Numbered from the stretch's first letter, positions 20,049 through 31,075 are shown. The stretch: 64,000 nucleotides of DNA from an uncultured delta proteobacterium (GCA_963841435.1 CAWJCS010000003.1:576001-640000); one strand, 5' to 3'. The notes: a model not told the origin generated them from the letters alone. Numbers and translations: made by a program.

Positions 20049-21630
20049 ATGGACCAAGCGGAACGCTACGACATCGTCATCATCGGTACGGGAGCGGGCG
20101 GCGGCACGCTGCTCCGGGCGCTGGCACCCACGGGCAAGCGCATTCTCGTGCTCGAGCGGGGTGGCTACTTGCCCCGTGAGCGCGAGAACCAGAGCTCGGA
20201 GGCCGTGATGGTCAACGCCCGGTACAAGGCCAAGGAAACCTGGCTCGATGCCGCGGGCAACCCGTTCCACCCGAGCATTCACTACTGGGTCGGCGGCAAC
20301 ACCAAGATGTACGGCGCCGCGCTGATCCGCTTTCGCGAGCGCGACTTCGGGCAGGTCCGCCACTATGGCGGGGTCTCGCCGGCCTGGCCCATCGGCTACG
20401 CCGAGCTCGAGCCGTACTACGCGGCCGCCGAGCGGCTCTACCACGTGCACGGCGCGCGTGGCTCGGACCCGACGGAGCCCTGGGCGTCGGAGCCATACCC
20501 GAACGCGCCGGTGAGCCACGAGCCGGCCATCGCGGAGATCGTGCATGGGCTTGAAGCGCTGGGAAGAAAGCCGTTCCCGATGCCGGTCGGCATCGATCTC
20601 GACGAGAGCAACCGCGAGAAGAGCCGCTGCATTCGCTGCAACGCCTGCGACGGTTACCCCTGCCTCGTCAACGGCAAGGCGGACGCTCACGTCGTCGGCG
20701 TGCGACCCGCGCTCGCGCACGAGAACGTGACGCTACTCACGCACGCGCTCGTCGAGCGCCTGGAAACCGACGCGAGCGGGGCGCGGGTGTCACGCGTCGT
20801 CGTCGCGCACGAAGGCAAGCGGCTCGAGGTGCGCGCCGACGTCGTCGTCGTGGCGTGCGGCGCGGTGAACTCGGCGGCGCTGTTGCTCCGCTCGGCGAAC
20901 GAGCGCCACCCCCATGGCCTTGCCAACGGCTCGGGCCAGGTCGGCAGAAACTACATGGCCCACACGAACTCGGGCCTGGTGTGCGTGTCCAAGCGTCCCA
21001 ATCCGACGGTCTTCCAGAAGACCATGGGGCTCAACGACTTTTACTTCGGCGCGGAGGACTCGGAGCTGCCGCTCGGGCACCTCTCGATGCTCGGCAAGCT
21101 CGACGGCATCGCGCTCAAAGCCGGCGCTCCGCCGCTCGTGCCACTTGCCGTGCTCGACTCGGTGGCACGCCACTCCTTCGATTTCCTGGCTCACGAGCGA
21201 GGACCTACCCATGGCCGACAATCGCGTCACCCTCGAGCAGGACGGTCAGGTGAGGCTCAGCTACGAGCCGAACAACCTCGAGGCGCACGCACGCCTCTTG
21301 CGCAAGGTAAAGGGCATCGTGCGCGAGCTCTTGCCGTACGGCATTCGCCTCGCGCGGCGCATCCCGCTCTCGGGTACGGCGCACCAGTGCGGCACCCTGC
21401 GCTTCGGTGACGACCCGGAAACGTCGGTGCTCGACCGCGACTGCCGAGCCCACGAGCTCGAGAACCTGTTCGTCGCCGACGCGAGCGTGTTCCCGTCCGC
21501 GGCCGCCGTGAATCCCGGCCTCACCATCATGGCCAACGCGCTCCGCGTTGCGGACGCGATTGGCGCGCGCCTGGGCGCCTCCGTGGGCGCGAGCGAGCTC
21601 GGGCGCCCGCTTGCCATGGCCGCCGAGTGA
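20049..21630 (+). CDS. GMC family oxidoreductase, frameshifted near 21186
   Basis: IIGTGAGGG, VGGNTKMYGA, CIRCNACDGYPC and GRNYMAH in ORF 20049..21410. AHQCGTLRFG and AVNPGLTIMANALRV lie in ORF 20914..21630. Removing one C at 21185-21186 fuses them. Confidence 0.88.
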
Positions 21631-21636
21631 GTACCG

Positions 21637-21662
21637 GTAACCGCAGAGCTTCAGGAAACGTT
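21637..21662 (+). promoter_or_regulatory. Putative ECF promoter variant GTAACC-N16-CGTT
   Basis: Lies in the short gap directly before ATG 21672 of the glucosidase. Confidence 0.45.
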
Positions 21663-21671
21663 GAGGATCAC

Positions 21672-24416
21672 ATGTCACACGAGCACGGCCGAGTACTTTC
21701 GGAGATCAAGAACCTGACGAAGGGGGCGAGCGACCCGGAAACCCAGCGCCTGGGCGAGGACGGTCGCCGCGAGAAGAATTGGAAGCGCTTCGGCCCGTAC
21801 TTGAGCGAGCGCCAGTGGGGCACCGTGCGCGAGGACTACTCGGAGCACGGCAACTGCTGGGACTACTTCCCGCACGAGCACGCCCGCAGCCGCGCCTACC
21901 GCTGGGGCGAGGATGGCCTGTTCGGTTTCTCGGATCGCCAGGCGCGGCTCTGCTTTTCGCTCGCGCTTTGGAACGAGCGCGACCCGATCCTCAAGGAGCG
22001 CCTGTTCGGCCTCACGGGGCCCGAAGGCAACCACGGCGAGGACGTGAAGGAGCTCTACTATTACCTCGACGCCACGCCGACCGCCTCCTACCTCAGGGGC
22101 CTGTACAAGTACCCGCAGGCCGAGTACCCGTACCGCCGGCTCGTGGAAGAGAATCGCTCGCGTGGCAAGCACGAGCACGAGCTCGAGCTCATCGACACGG
22201 GCGCGCTCGACGCCGATCGCTACTACGACGTGTTCGTCACCTACGCGAAGGCGGAGCCCGAGGACGTGCTCGTCGAGATCACGATCGCCTCTCGCTCCGA
22301 CGAGGCGGCCCGCCTGCACGTCCTACCGACGCTGTGGTTCCGCAACACGTGGAGCTTCGGCAGCGACGCCGCGGGCACGGACGACGCGTCGGGCGCGCGC
22401 CCCACGCTTCGCGCCAACGCGGCAACGAGCCTCGACGTCTCGCACCCCGAGCTCGGCGAGTACGAGCTCTTCTTCGAGCCCCGCGCGGAGCTCCGCGAGC
22501 TCGTCTTCACCGAGAACGAGACGAACAACGAGAAGCTCTTCGGCGTGCCATCGGCCACGCCGTACACCAAAGACGCTTTCCACCGCCGCGTCGTGAACGG
22601 CGAGGTCGAGGCCACGAACCCGGCGCGAACGGGCACGAAGGCCGCCGCCTGGTACGTGCTCGAGCTCGGCCCGAAGGAGACCGTGACGCTCCGAGCGCGC
22701 CTCAGGCGCCGGGGCTCGAGCCCGCTCGTCGAGGCCTTCGGCCCGGGCTTCGATCGCGTCGTCGAGGCGCGACGCGAGGAGGCCGACCGATTCTACGAGG
22801 GGGTCCACCCCGAGGCGCAGTCCGCCGAGGAGCGCCGCGTCGCGCGTCAGGCGTACGCCGGGCTCGTGTGGTCCAAGCAATTTTACCACTACGCCGTCAA
22901 GACGTGGCTCGAGGGCGACCCCGGGCAGCCCACACCGCCCGGCTCGCGACACTACGGCCGCAACGACGATTTTCGGCACGTGTACTGCCGGGACGTCATC
23001 TCGATGCCCGACAAGTGGGAGTACCCGTGGTTTGCCGCCTGGGACCTCGCCTTTCACATGATCCCCTTCGCGAAGATCGATCCCGAGTTCGCCAAGCAGC
23101 AGCTCATCCTCTTCTTGCGCGAGTGGTACATGCACCCGAACGGTCAGATCCCGGCGTACGAGTTCGCGCTCTCGGACGTGAACCCACCGGTCCACGCCTG
23201 GGCGGTGTGGCGCGTGTACAAGATGACGGGGCGCCGCGGCGAGCGCGACAGGGTCTTTTTGGCGCGCGCCTTCCAGAAGCTGCTCCTGAACTTCACGTGG
23301 TGGGTGAACAGGAAGGACGTCGAGGGCAACAACCTGTTTTCAGGCGGCTTTTTGGGCCTCGACAACATCGGCGTGTTCGACCGCTCGCAGCCCCTGCCGA
23401 CGGGCGGGCACCTCAAGCAAGCCGACGGCACGGCGTGGATGGCCTTCTACTCGGCGACGATGCTCTCGATGGCCCTCGAGCTCGCCGACGGCGACCCCGC
23501 CTACGAGGACGTCGCTTCCAAGTTCTTCGAGCACTTCGTGACGATCGTCGATTCGATGAACCGCTTCGGCGGCACGGGCCTGTGGGACGACGGCGACGGC
23601 TTCTATTACGACCAGCTGTCGCTCGACGGGCAGACGATTCCCCTTCGCACGCGCTCGATGGTCGGCGTGCTCCCCATCATCGCCGTCGAGATCCTCGAAG
23701 ACCACGTGATCGACAAGCTTTCGGGATTCAAGAAGCGCATGCAATGGTTCTTGGACAACCGAAAGGATCTCGCGGAGCACATCCCGTACCAGGAGCTCGC
23801 GAGCGGGAGCCACGGCCACCGTTTGCTCGCTGTCCCCTCGCGCGAGCGTCTCGAACGCGTTCTCCGCTACGTGCTCGACGAGAGCGAGTTCTTGTCACCG
23901 CACGGCCTACGCTCGCTGAGCCGCGTTCACAAGGACGACCCCTATCGCTTCTATTCGCACGGGGCGGAGCACCGTGTCGAATATGCCCCAGGCGACTCGA
24001 CCACCGGGCTTTTCGGCGGCAATTCGAACTGGCGAGGCCCGGTCTGGTTCCCGCTGAACTACCTCGTCGTCGAGGCGCTCGAGCGCTATCATCACTATTA
24101 TGGTGATTCGTTCCGGGTCGAATGCCCCACCGGCTCGGGAGTATTCATGAATCTCGGCGAGGTCGCGAACGAGCTTTCGGCGCGTCTGTCCAGCATCTTC
24201 TTGCCGGGCGAGGGCGGGCGCAGGCCATGCCACGGCTCCGAGTCGCGCTACGCCTCCGATCCTCACTTCAAGGAGCTCGTGCTGTTCCACGAGTACTTTC
24301 ATGGCGAGGACGGGCGGGGCGTCGGCGCGAGCCACCAGACGGGTTGGACGGCACTCGTCGCCCGGGCCATCGAGGCGCTCGCGCACGGCCGCAGCGCGAA
24401 GGAGCGTGCAGCGTGA
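21672..24416 (+). CDS. GH63/MGH1-like glucosidase
   Basis: WKRFGPYLSERQWGTVREDYS, SRAYRWGEDG, SMPDKWEYPWFAAWDLAFH, GFLGLDNIG, GGNSNWRGPVW and GASHQTGWT motifs; GAGG RBS. Confidence 0.92.
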   Translation: MSHEHGRVLSEIKNLTKGASDPETQRLGEDGRREKNWKRFGPYLSERQWGTVREDYSEHGNCWDYFPHEHARSRAYRWGEDGLFGFSDRQARLCFSLALWNERDPILKERLFGLTGPEGNHGEDVKELYYYLDATPTASYLRGLYKYPQAEYPYRRLVEENRSRGKHEHELELIDTGALDADRYYDVFVTYAKAEPEDVLVEITIASRSDEAARLHVLPTLWFRNTWSFGSDAAGTDDASGARPTLRANAATSLDVSHPELGEYELFFEPRAELRELVFTENETNNEKLFGVPSATPYTKDAFHRRVVNGEVEATNPARTGTKAAAWYVLELGPKETVTLRARLRRRGSSPLVEAFGPGFDRVVEARREEADRFYEGVHPEAQSAEERRVARQAYAGLVWSKQFYHYAVKTWLEGDPGQPTPPGSRHYGRNDDFRHVYCRDVISMPDKWEYPWFAAWDLAFHMIPFAKIDPEFAKQQLILFLREWYMHPNGQIPAYEFALSDVNPPVHAWAVWRVYKMTGRRGERDRVFLARAFQKLLLNFTWWVNRKDVEGNNLFSGGFLGLDNIGVFDRSQPLPTGGHLKQADGTAWMAFYSATMLSMALELADGDPAYEDVASKFFEHFVTIVDSMNRFGGTGLWDDGDGFYYDQLSLDGQTIPLRTRSMVGVLPIIAVEILEDHVIDKLSGFKKRMQWFLDNRKDLAEHIPYQELASGSHGHRLLAVPSRERLERVLRYVLDESEFLSPHGLRSLSRVHKDDPYRFYSHGAEHRVEYAPGDSTTGLFGGNSNWRGPVWFPLNYLVVEALERYHHYYGDSFRVECPTGSGVFMNLGEVANELSARLSSIFLPGEGGRRPCHGSESRYASDPHFKELVLFHEYFHGEDGRGVGASHQTGWTALVARAIEALAHGRSAKERAA

Positions 24417-26381
24417 GTCATCCGCTTCCGGTTCAACGACGTAACGGAGTGGCTGGAAGCAGACGGCCTCGGTGGCTTCGCGAGCGGCACCACGTCGGGC
24501 GTTCGCACGCGGCGCTACCATGCGCTCCTGCTCGCCGCGGCGAATCCACCTGCTGATCGGCGCGTGCTCGTGCAGAGCTTCGTGGCAAAGCTCGTCACGC
24601 CCCAAGGCACAGCCGAATTCTGGCCCCAGATTTACGCTGGCGGCTGGCTCAGCGGTCGCGACGTGACGCGCGTCGAGTTCACGCGCGACCCTTGGCCCAG
24701 CTGGCGCTTCGAGACCCCGCTCGGCGGCGTCGTGGTCGAGCTCTTCGTCGTGCACGAGAGCCCGACCGTCGTGCTCTCCTTCCGGCTCGAAAAGCCCGTG
24801 CCTGGAGCGCGCCTCGAGGTGCGCCCGCTCATGTCGGGGCGTGATTTCCACTCGGCGCATCACGAGAACAACTCGTTCCGGAGCGGCGCCGAGCGCTTCG
24901 GCGAGGCGCTGCGTTTCGAGCCGTACCCCGGGGTGCCCGCCGTGCTCTGCCTCGCCAACGGCGAATACCGGCACGACCCGGATTGGTACCGCAATTTCTA
25001 CTACACCGAGGAGGCGGCGCGCGGTCTCGATGCGACCGAGGACCTCGCGAGCCCGGGCGTTCTCGACTTCGACATCGGCGCGCGCGAAGCGCTCTGGGTG
25101 CTCGCTGCCGATCTCGCGGGTGCGCCCGAGCTCGGCAATACGAGCGCCGAGAAGCTCGTGGAGCGCCTGCGCCGCGCGGAGCGCACTCGCCGCGCGGCTT
25201 TCCCGAGTGTGCTCGAGCGCGACGCGAACGCTTATCGCGTACGCCGCGGCGACGGCACGACGCTCATCGCCGGCTACCCCTGGTTCGGCGACTGGGGCCG
25301 CGACACCTTCATCGCGCTGCGCGGCCTGTGCCTCGCGACGGGCGACCTTTCGACCGCGCGCTCCATCATCCGCGAATGGGCCGGCGTCGTCTCGGAGGGC
25401 ATGCTCCCGAACCGCTTCCCCGACGACGCGAGCGCCGAGGCCGAGTACAACTCCGTCGACGCCTCGCTGTGGTTCGTGCTCGCGGCCAACGAGCTGCTCG
25501 CGCACCCTCGCGCGCACGAGCACCTGGCGGGCTCGGATCGAAACCGCATCGAAACCGCCATCGATCGCATCGTCGAGGGCTACACCAAGGGCACGCGCTA
25601 CGGCATCCGCGCCGACGCAGACGGGCTGCTTTCGGCCGGCGAGCGCGGCGTGCAGCTCACGTGGATGGACGCGAAAGTCGGCGACTGGGTCGTCACGCCC
25701 CGCATCGGGAAGCCCGTCGAGGTCCAGGCGCTGTGGGTGCACGCGCTGCTCGCTGCGGGCCGGCGCGACAGCCGCCACGTGGCCCTCGCGCAGAGTGCGC
25801 GGGTCGCCCTGCAGCAGCGCTTCTGGAATGCCGAGCGCAGCATGCTCTTCGACGTCGTCGACGACGGGCACGTCCGCGGTCGCGTTGACGCGTCGTGCCG
25901 GCCGAACCAAATCTTCGCGGCGGGCGGCCTCCCCTTCACCCTGCTCGACGCCGAGCAGGCGCGACAGGTCGTGGACGCCGTCGAGCGGGAGCTCCTCACG
26001 CCGCTCGGCCTGCGCTCGCTCGAGCGCGATCACCCCGAGTACGTGCCCCGCTACGAGGGCGGCGTCTTCCAGCGCGACGCGGCCTACCACCAGGGCACAG
26101 TCTGGCCCTGGCTCATGGGTCCGTTCGTCGAAGCCTGGGTGAAGAGCCGCGGCAGCACCCGCGCCGCCAGGGCCGAGGCGCACCGCCGCTTCGTGACGCC
26201 GCTCGTCGAGCACCTCGACCGAGCCGGCCTGGGCCACGTGAGTGAGATTGCCGACGGCGACCCACCGCATGCGCCGAGGGGGTGCCCGTTCCAAGCGTGG
26301 TCGTTGTCCGAGCTGATTCGGCTCGAAACGACGGTCCTCGCGGACCTTTCCGGAAGCCAGACGCTCCGCCGGGCCGTATGA
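24413..26381 (+). CDS. Amylo-alpha-1,6-glucosidase (glycogen debranching enzyme), frameshift near 24430
   Basis: EWLEADGLGGFASGT and RTRRYHALL lie upstream of the listed ORF; IAGYPWFGDWGRDTFI, TWMDAK, RPNQIFA, YHQGTVWPW and GCPFQAWS follow. The GTGA-overlap start at 24413 needs one G removed at 24430-24431. Confidence 0.9.
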
Positions 26382-26403
26382 TCGGTCAGCGCTGGCGTCC
26401 GGC

Positions 26404-27102
26404 ATGAGCCCTACCCCCACCTCCCCGCAGTCCGAGGCCGTCTTCGACGAGGTGCCGGACCCTCTCGCGGGCGTGCCGGCGCCGAGGCTTCCCGACGTGC
26501 GGGCGCCCTCGCGGCGCCCCACGCGCGGGGACCTCGCGCGACGCGGCCGCCTGGCGTTCGTGCTGTCGATTGGCTGGATGGGCGCGGAGCTCGCCTGGTT
26601 CGGGCTGCGGGGCGACCTCGCGCACGTCTCCGGGCGATATCTCCTGCTGATGGTCGGCGCGCCGCTCGTCACGGCGATACTCTGCATCGCGGCGGCGCTC
26701 TCCCACGGTCGGCTCGGCCTCGGCGCGCGCATCGGCGTGCTGTTCGCGGTCGCGACGCTGCCACTCGTCGCGATGGTCGGGGCGGTGCTCGTCACGTCGC
26801 CGGCCGTGCCCGACGGCACGCCGGGCACGCTCGGCGAGAGTGCCTACTGCTTCAACACGACGCTCGGTTTCGCATCACTGCCGCTGCTCGCCGCCGCGTT
26901 CGCTCTGCGGCATGCCTTCGTTTCGCGCGCCGTCTGGCGTAGCGCCGCGCTCGGCGTCGGCGCCGGCCTCGCCGCGGTCGGCCTCGTCAACCTCCACTGC
27001 GATCGCGTCGGGGCGCTGCACCTGATGGTCGGGCACGTCGGCGCCCTCTTCGTCATCGCGCTCGCCGGTGCCGCTCTGCTCTCGTATCAGAGCAGGGTCT
27101 GA
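26404..27102 (+). CDS. NrsF/DUF1109-like multi-TM anti-sigma factor
   Basis: About 6 TM helices; Cys pair and His (AYCF, LHCD...LH..VGH); paralog of 29637..30329. Confidence 0.7.
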   Translation: MSPTPTSPQSEAVFDEVPDPLAGVPAPRLPDVRAPSRRPTRGDLARRGRLAFVLSIGWMGAELAWFGLRGDLAHVSGRYLLLMVGAPLVTAILCIAAALSHGRLGLGARIGVLFAVATLPLVAMVGAVLVTSPAVPDGTPGTLGESAYCFNTTLGFASLPLLAAAFALRHAFVSRAVWRSAALGVGAGLAAVGLVNLHCDRVGALHLMVGHVGALFVIALAGAALLSYQSRV

Positions 27103-27156
27103 GCCACTCGCGGGGGGCGTGTCGTCCCGGGGCGATGGGGCGCTCGGCCAGGCGGG

Positions 27157-28794
27157 CTACGGGTTCTCTGCAAGGCGCAGCGTCGCGCCGTACCCAACGT
27201 TGTAGTTCGCTCCGTTGCCGCTCGTCACCTCGAGCACCGCGCCTTGGCCGACGGCGGCGTAGTGACCGGAGTCGTCGGCGCCCTGCTGGTTCGGAGCCCA
27301 ATTATTGCCGACGGCCGAGATGAACGTGGCGTCCGACGTGAGCACGGCGACCCCCGTGGTCGTGGCGCCGAACGTGTTGTTCCCGGGGTCGGCGAGCGTG
27401 CCAAGGTCGAACGTCGAGCCGTCGGCCGCGGCAAGGCGCAAGCTCTCGGTCGCATTTTCGAACGTCGTGCCGCGCACCGTGAGCACGACGAGGTTCGCGC
27501 CGCCCCCGCCGCCAAAGAACCGCGCGCCGAAGGTGTTCGTGTCGTGGAAATTCGAGTCGATGATGTTGATGACCCCGCCATCGCCACTCGAAAACTCGAG
27601 CCCGTCGAACGACATGTCGTAGATCTCGGTGCCGACGATATCGATCTGCGCGGGCGGTGAGCCGTTGATGCCGGTACTGCAACCGTGCAAGAAGGAATCG
27701 CTGATCGAAATCACCCCCGCGGCGTTGGCGTTCGACTGGATGCAAGCGTAGGCGATGGTCGCCGAGGGATCGATCGAGAGGTCGCTGTCGATGATCGAAA
27801 GCGACGGCGCGCCGTTGATCGTGGCAACGCTGTCGCCGAGCGTGACGACGGTGCAGCCGACCAGGCTGGCGACCGACGCATCGTTGAGCAGCAAGAGCGG
27901 ACGGTTGCCGTCCGCCGCCGTGAGATCCGATAGCGCCAGCGCGGCTTGATCGTCCACCGTGAAGGCGGTGGTCCCGACGGGCGAGGTGAAGTGCATGACG
28001 CCACCGCTCACGTTCAACGCCCCGTCGGCGTAGGCGTGACCGAGACTCGGGCAGGTACCCCAATCGTTCGACGTATCGGTCGAGAGCTCCACCTTCGCCT
28101 GCCCGCCGACCTCGAGCGCGCTCGCGCCCGCGTTCGCGCAATTGTCGAACGAGCTGTCGCTGACTCGGACCGTGCCGCTCTTGCCTTCCGCGAGGACGAC
28201 CGTCGCGTAGCCGTCGAAGCGGAGCCCACCGATGTTGGAGCTACCCTTGGCCTCGAGCAGCGTTTCCCCGCTGCCGGAAAGCTTCGCCTGACCCGCATGC
28301 TCGGCGACGAGGTCGACGCCGTCCGCAAGGGAAACGGGGCCGGCCTCCGCGTAGTTGCCGTCGAGCAGCACGATCGTGTCGCCGCTCGTGGCAACGCTCG
28401 CGGCTTTGGCGAGACTCGCGTAGGGATCGTCGCGCGTCGACTTGCCCTGGTCGCTGCCGTTCGTGCCGACGTAAACGCCGTGGAACGGTGCGCCACCGCC
28501 GGCCTCGCCACCTTGGCCAGCTTCGCCAGCAGCGACTCCCGTGCCGCCCGTGGTGCCGCCCGAGCCGCCTCGCCCGCCCGTGACGCCGCTCCCCGCCTCA
28601 CCCCCCGCCGCGGACTCACCCATCCCTCCTTCTCCCGCCATCGTGCCCCGGGTGCCGCCGCCTTTCCCAGCGGCTCCTCCCGTGGTGCCGCCCAAGCCGC
28701 CCGCCGCCGGCGTCTTCGCCCCCTCGTCGTCCCCGCAACCTAGCGCGACACCGACCGCAACCAGAGACACCCAAAAGCAAGACACAAGCCGCAT
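27157..28794 (-). CDS. DUF1565/right-handed beta-helix lipoprotein
   Basis: Lipobox VALGC, Gly-rich linker, YVGTNGSD...PYASLAKA...GDTIVLLDGNY, beta-helix-like repeats and FDLGTLADPGNNTF. Confidence 0.7.
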   Translation of the reverse strand: MRLVSCFWVSLVAVGVALGCGDDEGAKTPAAGGLGGTTGGAAGKGGGTRGTMAGEGGMGESAAGGEAGSGVTGGRGGSGGTTGGTGVAAGEAGQGGEAGGGAPFHGVYVGTNGSDQGKSTRDDPYASLAKAASVATSGDTIVLLDGNYAEAGPVSLADGVDLVAEHAGQAKLSGSGETLLEAKGSSNIGGLRFDGYATVVLAEGKSGTVRVSDSSFDNCANAGASALEVGGQAKVELSTDTSNDWGTCPSLGHAYADGALNVSGGVMHFTSPVGTTAFTVDDQAALALSDLTAADGNRPLLLLNDASVASLVGCTVVTLGDSVATINGAPSLSIIDSDLSIDPSATIAYACIQSNANAAGVISISDSFLHGCSTGINGSPPAQIDIVGTEIYDMSFDGLEFSSGDGGVINIIDSNFHDTNTFGARFFGGGGGANLVVLTVRGTTFENATESLRLAAADGSTFDLGTLADPGNNTFGATTTGVAVLTSDATFISAVGNNWAPNQQGADDSGHYAAVGQGAVLEVTSGNGANYNVGYGATLRLAENP

Positions 28795-28890
28795 CGCGCA
28801 TCGGTAGTTCGGGGGTGACCGCCCGGCAATCCCCGTCGTCTCGAGCGCGTGCTCGCCGGGGCGGGCTGCCCCGAAACGCCCCACGGCGCG

Positions 28891-29499
28891 TCAGCCCAGG
28901 CTGGCCTCGCGTTCGACGGCGCGCCTGAGCTCCTTATACGCGCGGTGGGCGCGCACCTTCACGGTGCTGAGACGTTGGTCGAGCGCGCGCGCCACCTCGG
29001 GGAATGGACGCTCCTCGAGCCAGTGCATCTCGACGACGCGGCGTTGCGCAGGCTTCAGGGACGCGAGGGCCTGCCGTGCGAGGGCGACCTGCGCGGCGCG
29101 GTCCAGCTCCTCGTCTTCGGGGGCGGCGGCCAGCTCGACGGGATCCACGTCGGCGTTCGGACGGCGCTGCTGAGCACGACAGTGGTCCACGCACAGGTTC
29201 ACGACGATGCGCGTGATCCAGGGGCGGAACATGCTGCCAAGCTCGAAGCGATCGCGGGCAACGTGTGCGTTCAGAAACGCCTGCTGCACGAGGTCAGCGG
29301 CAACGTCCTCAGTGCCGACCCGTCGCCGCGCAACGGCGACGAGGTACGGAAACAGCCGCTCATAGAGCGCGTGGAATGCGCCCTGATCGTCGTGCACGAC
29401 GTACGCGAGCGCGAGCTCGTCATCGGAAACCAGCGTGAGATCGGGACGGCCGGGCGCACGTCCAGTGCGCGCGCGCGACCAGGGGCCTGCGTGAATCAT
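28891..29499 (-). CDS. ECF RNA polymerase sigma factor
   Basis: AFHALYER, DLVQQAF, FRPWITRIVVNLCVD and EVARALDQRLSTVKVRAHRAY. Confidence 0.9.
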   Translation of the reverse strand: MIHAGPWSRARTGRAPGRPDLTLVSDDELALAYVVHDDQGAFHALYERLFPYLVAVARRRVGTEDVAADLVQQAFLNAHVARDRFELGSMFRPWITRIVVNLCVDHCRAQQRRPNADVDPVELAAAPEDEELDRAAQVALARQALASLKPAQRRVVEMHWLEERPFPEVARALDQRLSTVKVRAHRAYKELRRAVEREASLG

Positions 29500-29544
29500 G
29501 GAAGATACCCTCGCGTCACCGGGGAGAGGGCCTGAGCCTTCGAA

Positions 29545-29569
29545 TCACCGAGGCTCGGGCACCGGTTCC
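29545..29569 (-). promoter_or_regulatory. Possible ECF promoter variant GGAACC-N15-GTGA
   Basis: Upstream of ECF 28891..29499; same spacing and -10 as the site at 30343-30367. Confidence 0.35.
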
Positions 29570-29636
29570 GGCGCTCACTTCCTCCTACGGCGGCCCCGAG
29601 ACTTGGTGTCGTCGAAAGTGAACGCGCGCGCTTTGC

Positions 29637-30329
29637 TCAGGCCCGCGTCACGCGCGAGAGCACCAACGCGCCGAGCAGCGCGCTCGCAATCACGGCGCCA
29701 CCATGGCTGAGCCCCATGTGTAGCGCTCCGGAGAGCGGGCAGCGCAGCATGCTCGTCGTCGAGACGAGCAGCCCCGCGCCGGCGCCGATGAGCGCGCTCT
29801 TGTAAACGGCCGAGGTCGCGAAGGCGTTCCTCAGCGCAAACCCCGCGACGATGAGCGGCACGATGGTGAACGCGAGGGCCATGTTGAAGCAGAACACCCC
29901 GTGCATGAGCTCGCCGAGCGGCGCACCCGGGTAGGGCGGCGAAAAGGCGTAGGCCGACACGGCGAAGGCCACGGGACCGAGCAGTGCGAGGAGAGCCAGC
30001 ACACCCACCCGGAGCCCGAGCCCGAGGCGCCCGGGACTGAGGGCGACGAAGAAACACAGTGCTCCCGCGAGCGCCGGCGCCACGGCGAATCCCAGCGTGT
30101 AGCCGAGCGGCACCTTGGGCATGTCACCCCGGATGCCGATGATCCCGAGCTGCCCGGCGAGCCAGACCGCGCTCACCAGGAGGCCCAGCCAGCGGGTTCG
30201 CCGCAATGTGCCGCGGGCCGGCCCCGCCCCGATCCCAGGGCCGGGAACGGGAGGCGGGAGCAGCTCGGCCGCCCCGAGCGGATCGGGAATCAGGTCGAAA
30301 TCAGGCAGGGCGGAGGGGGGGACGGGCAT
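29637..30329 (-). CDS. NrsF/DUF1109-like multi-TM anti-sigma factor
   Basis: About 6 TMs; VFCF and LRCP...LHMGLSH; directly downstream of an ECF sigma. ATG at 30329. Confidence 0.72.
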   Translation of the reverse strand: MPVPPSALPDFDLIPDPLGAAELLPPPVPGPGIGAGPARGTLRRTRWLGLLVSAVWLAGQLGIIGIRGDMPKVPLGYTLGFAVAPALAGALCFFVALSPGRLGLGLRVGVLALLALLGPVAFAVSAYAFSPPYPGAPLGELMHGVFCFNMALAFTIVPLIVAGFALRNAFATSAVYKSALIGAGAGLLVSTTSMLRCPLSGALHMGLSHGGAVIASALLGALVLSRVTRA

Positions 30330-30342
30330 GGCACCAGGCGGG

Positions 30343-30367
30343 TCACAGGGGACCCCGAAGGCGTTAC
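30343..30367 (-). promoter_or_regulatory. Possible ECF promoter variant GTAACG-N15-GTGA
   Basis: Lies in the gap between the ECF stop and the anti-sigma start. Confidence 0.35.
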
Positions 30368-30387
30368 GGCGCCCGAGCACGTTGGTG

Positions 30388-31023
30388 TCATGAAGATTTT
30401 CGGGCGAGGGGCAGGCGCTCGAGCCTCGTCATTTCCTCACGGATGGCCTCGTAGGCCTGAAACGCCCGGAGCTTCACGGCGTTTTCCGTGGCCCCGAGGA
30501 TTTCCGCCGCGTCGGCGATGCTCATTCCCTCGAACCGGATCAGCACGAACGCCTCACGGCGAGCATCCGACATCTCCGAAAGGGCCCGCTCCACGGCGCG
30601 TGCGGTTTCGCGGGCCAGTACCGTGCTCTCCGCCTCGGCGCCCACGCTCGGCTCGGCAACCACGTCCGTCTCGGCTCCCGCGAGGGGCCGTGGCGCTCGC
30701 CGGCGGGCTCGGGCGCTATCGACGAACACGTTGCGAGCGATGGTGTACGACCACGGCAAGACGGCCGACCCCGGACGAAACGCGCCGCGCCCCTGGTGCA
30801 TGCGGAGCAGGGTGTCCTGGAGCAGGTCCTGCGCAACGTCGTTGGCGCCACAGAGCCGACGTAAAAACCGTTCGAGCCTCGGACCGATCGCCGCGAACAC
30901 CTTGGCGAAGCTGGCGTCGTCGCCGTCGGCATAGCGCGACATCGCAACGTCTACTTCCCCCAACGGTTGGCCGTCGGCGCCTCCGGCCGAGAGCGAAGCG
31001 CTCGTGATCGGCACCGTGCTCAC
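30388..31023 (-). CDS. ECF RNA polymerase sigma factor (SigF/NrsF-type pairing)
   Basis: MSRYADGDDASF, DLLQDTLLRMH, LPWSYTIARN and FEGMSIADAAEILGATENAVKLRAFQAY. Confidence 0.9.
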   Translation of the reverse strand: MSTVPITSASLSAGGADGQPLGEVDVAMSRYADGDDASFAKVFAAIGPRLERFLRRLCGANDVAQDLLQDTLLRMHQGRGAFRPGSAVLPWSYTIARNVFVDSARARRRAPRPLAGAETDVVAEPSVGAEAESTVLARETARAVERALSEMSDARREAFVLIRFEGMSIADAAEILGATENAVKLRAFQAYEAIREEMTRLERLPLARKSS

Positions 31024-31075
31024 CTGAGGCGGCGTATAGGCGCGCCTCGGGCCGGCGGCAACGACCGCGCTCGTT

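Noticed and set aside
21779-24106. 775-aa plus-strand ORF
   Set aside because: Off-frame overlap of the GH63 gene with no recognisable motifs.
23907-26828. 973-aa minus-strand ORF
   Set aside because: Antisense shadow of the motif-bearing glucosidase, debranching and anti-sigma genes.
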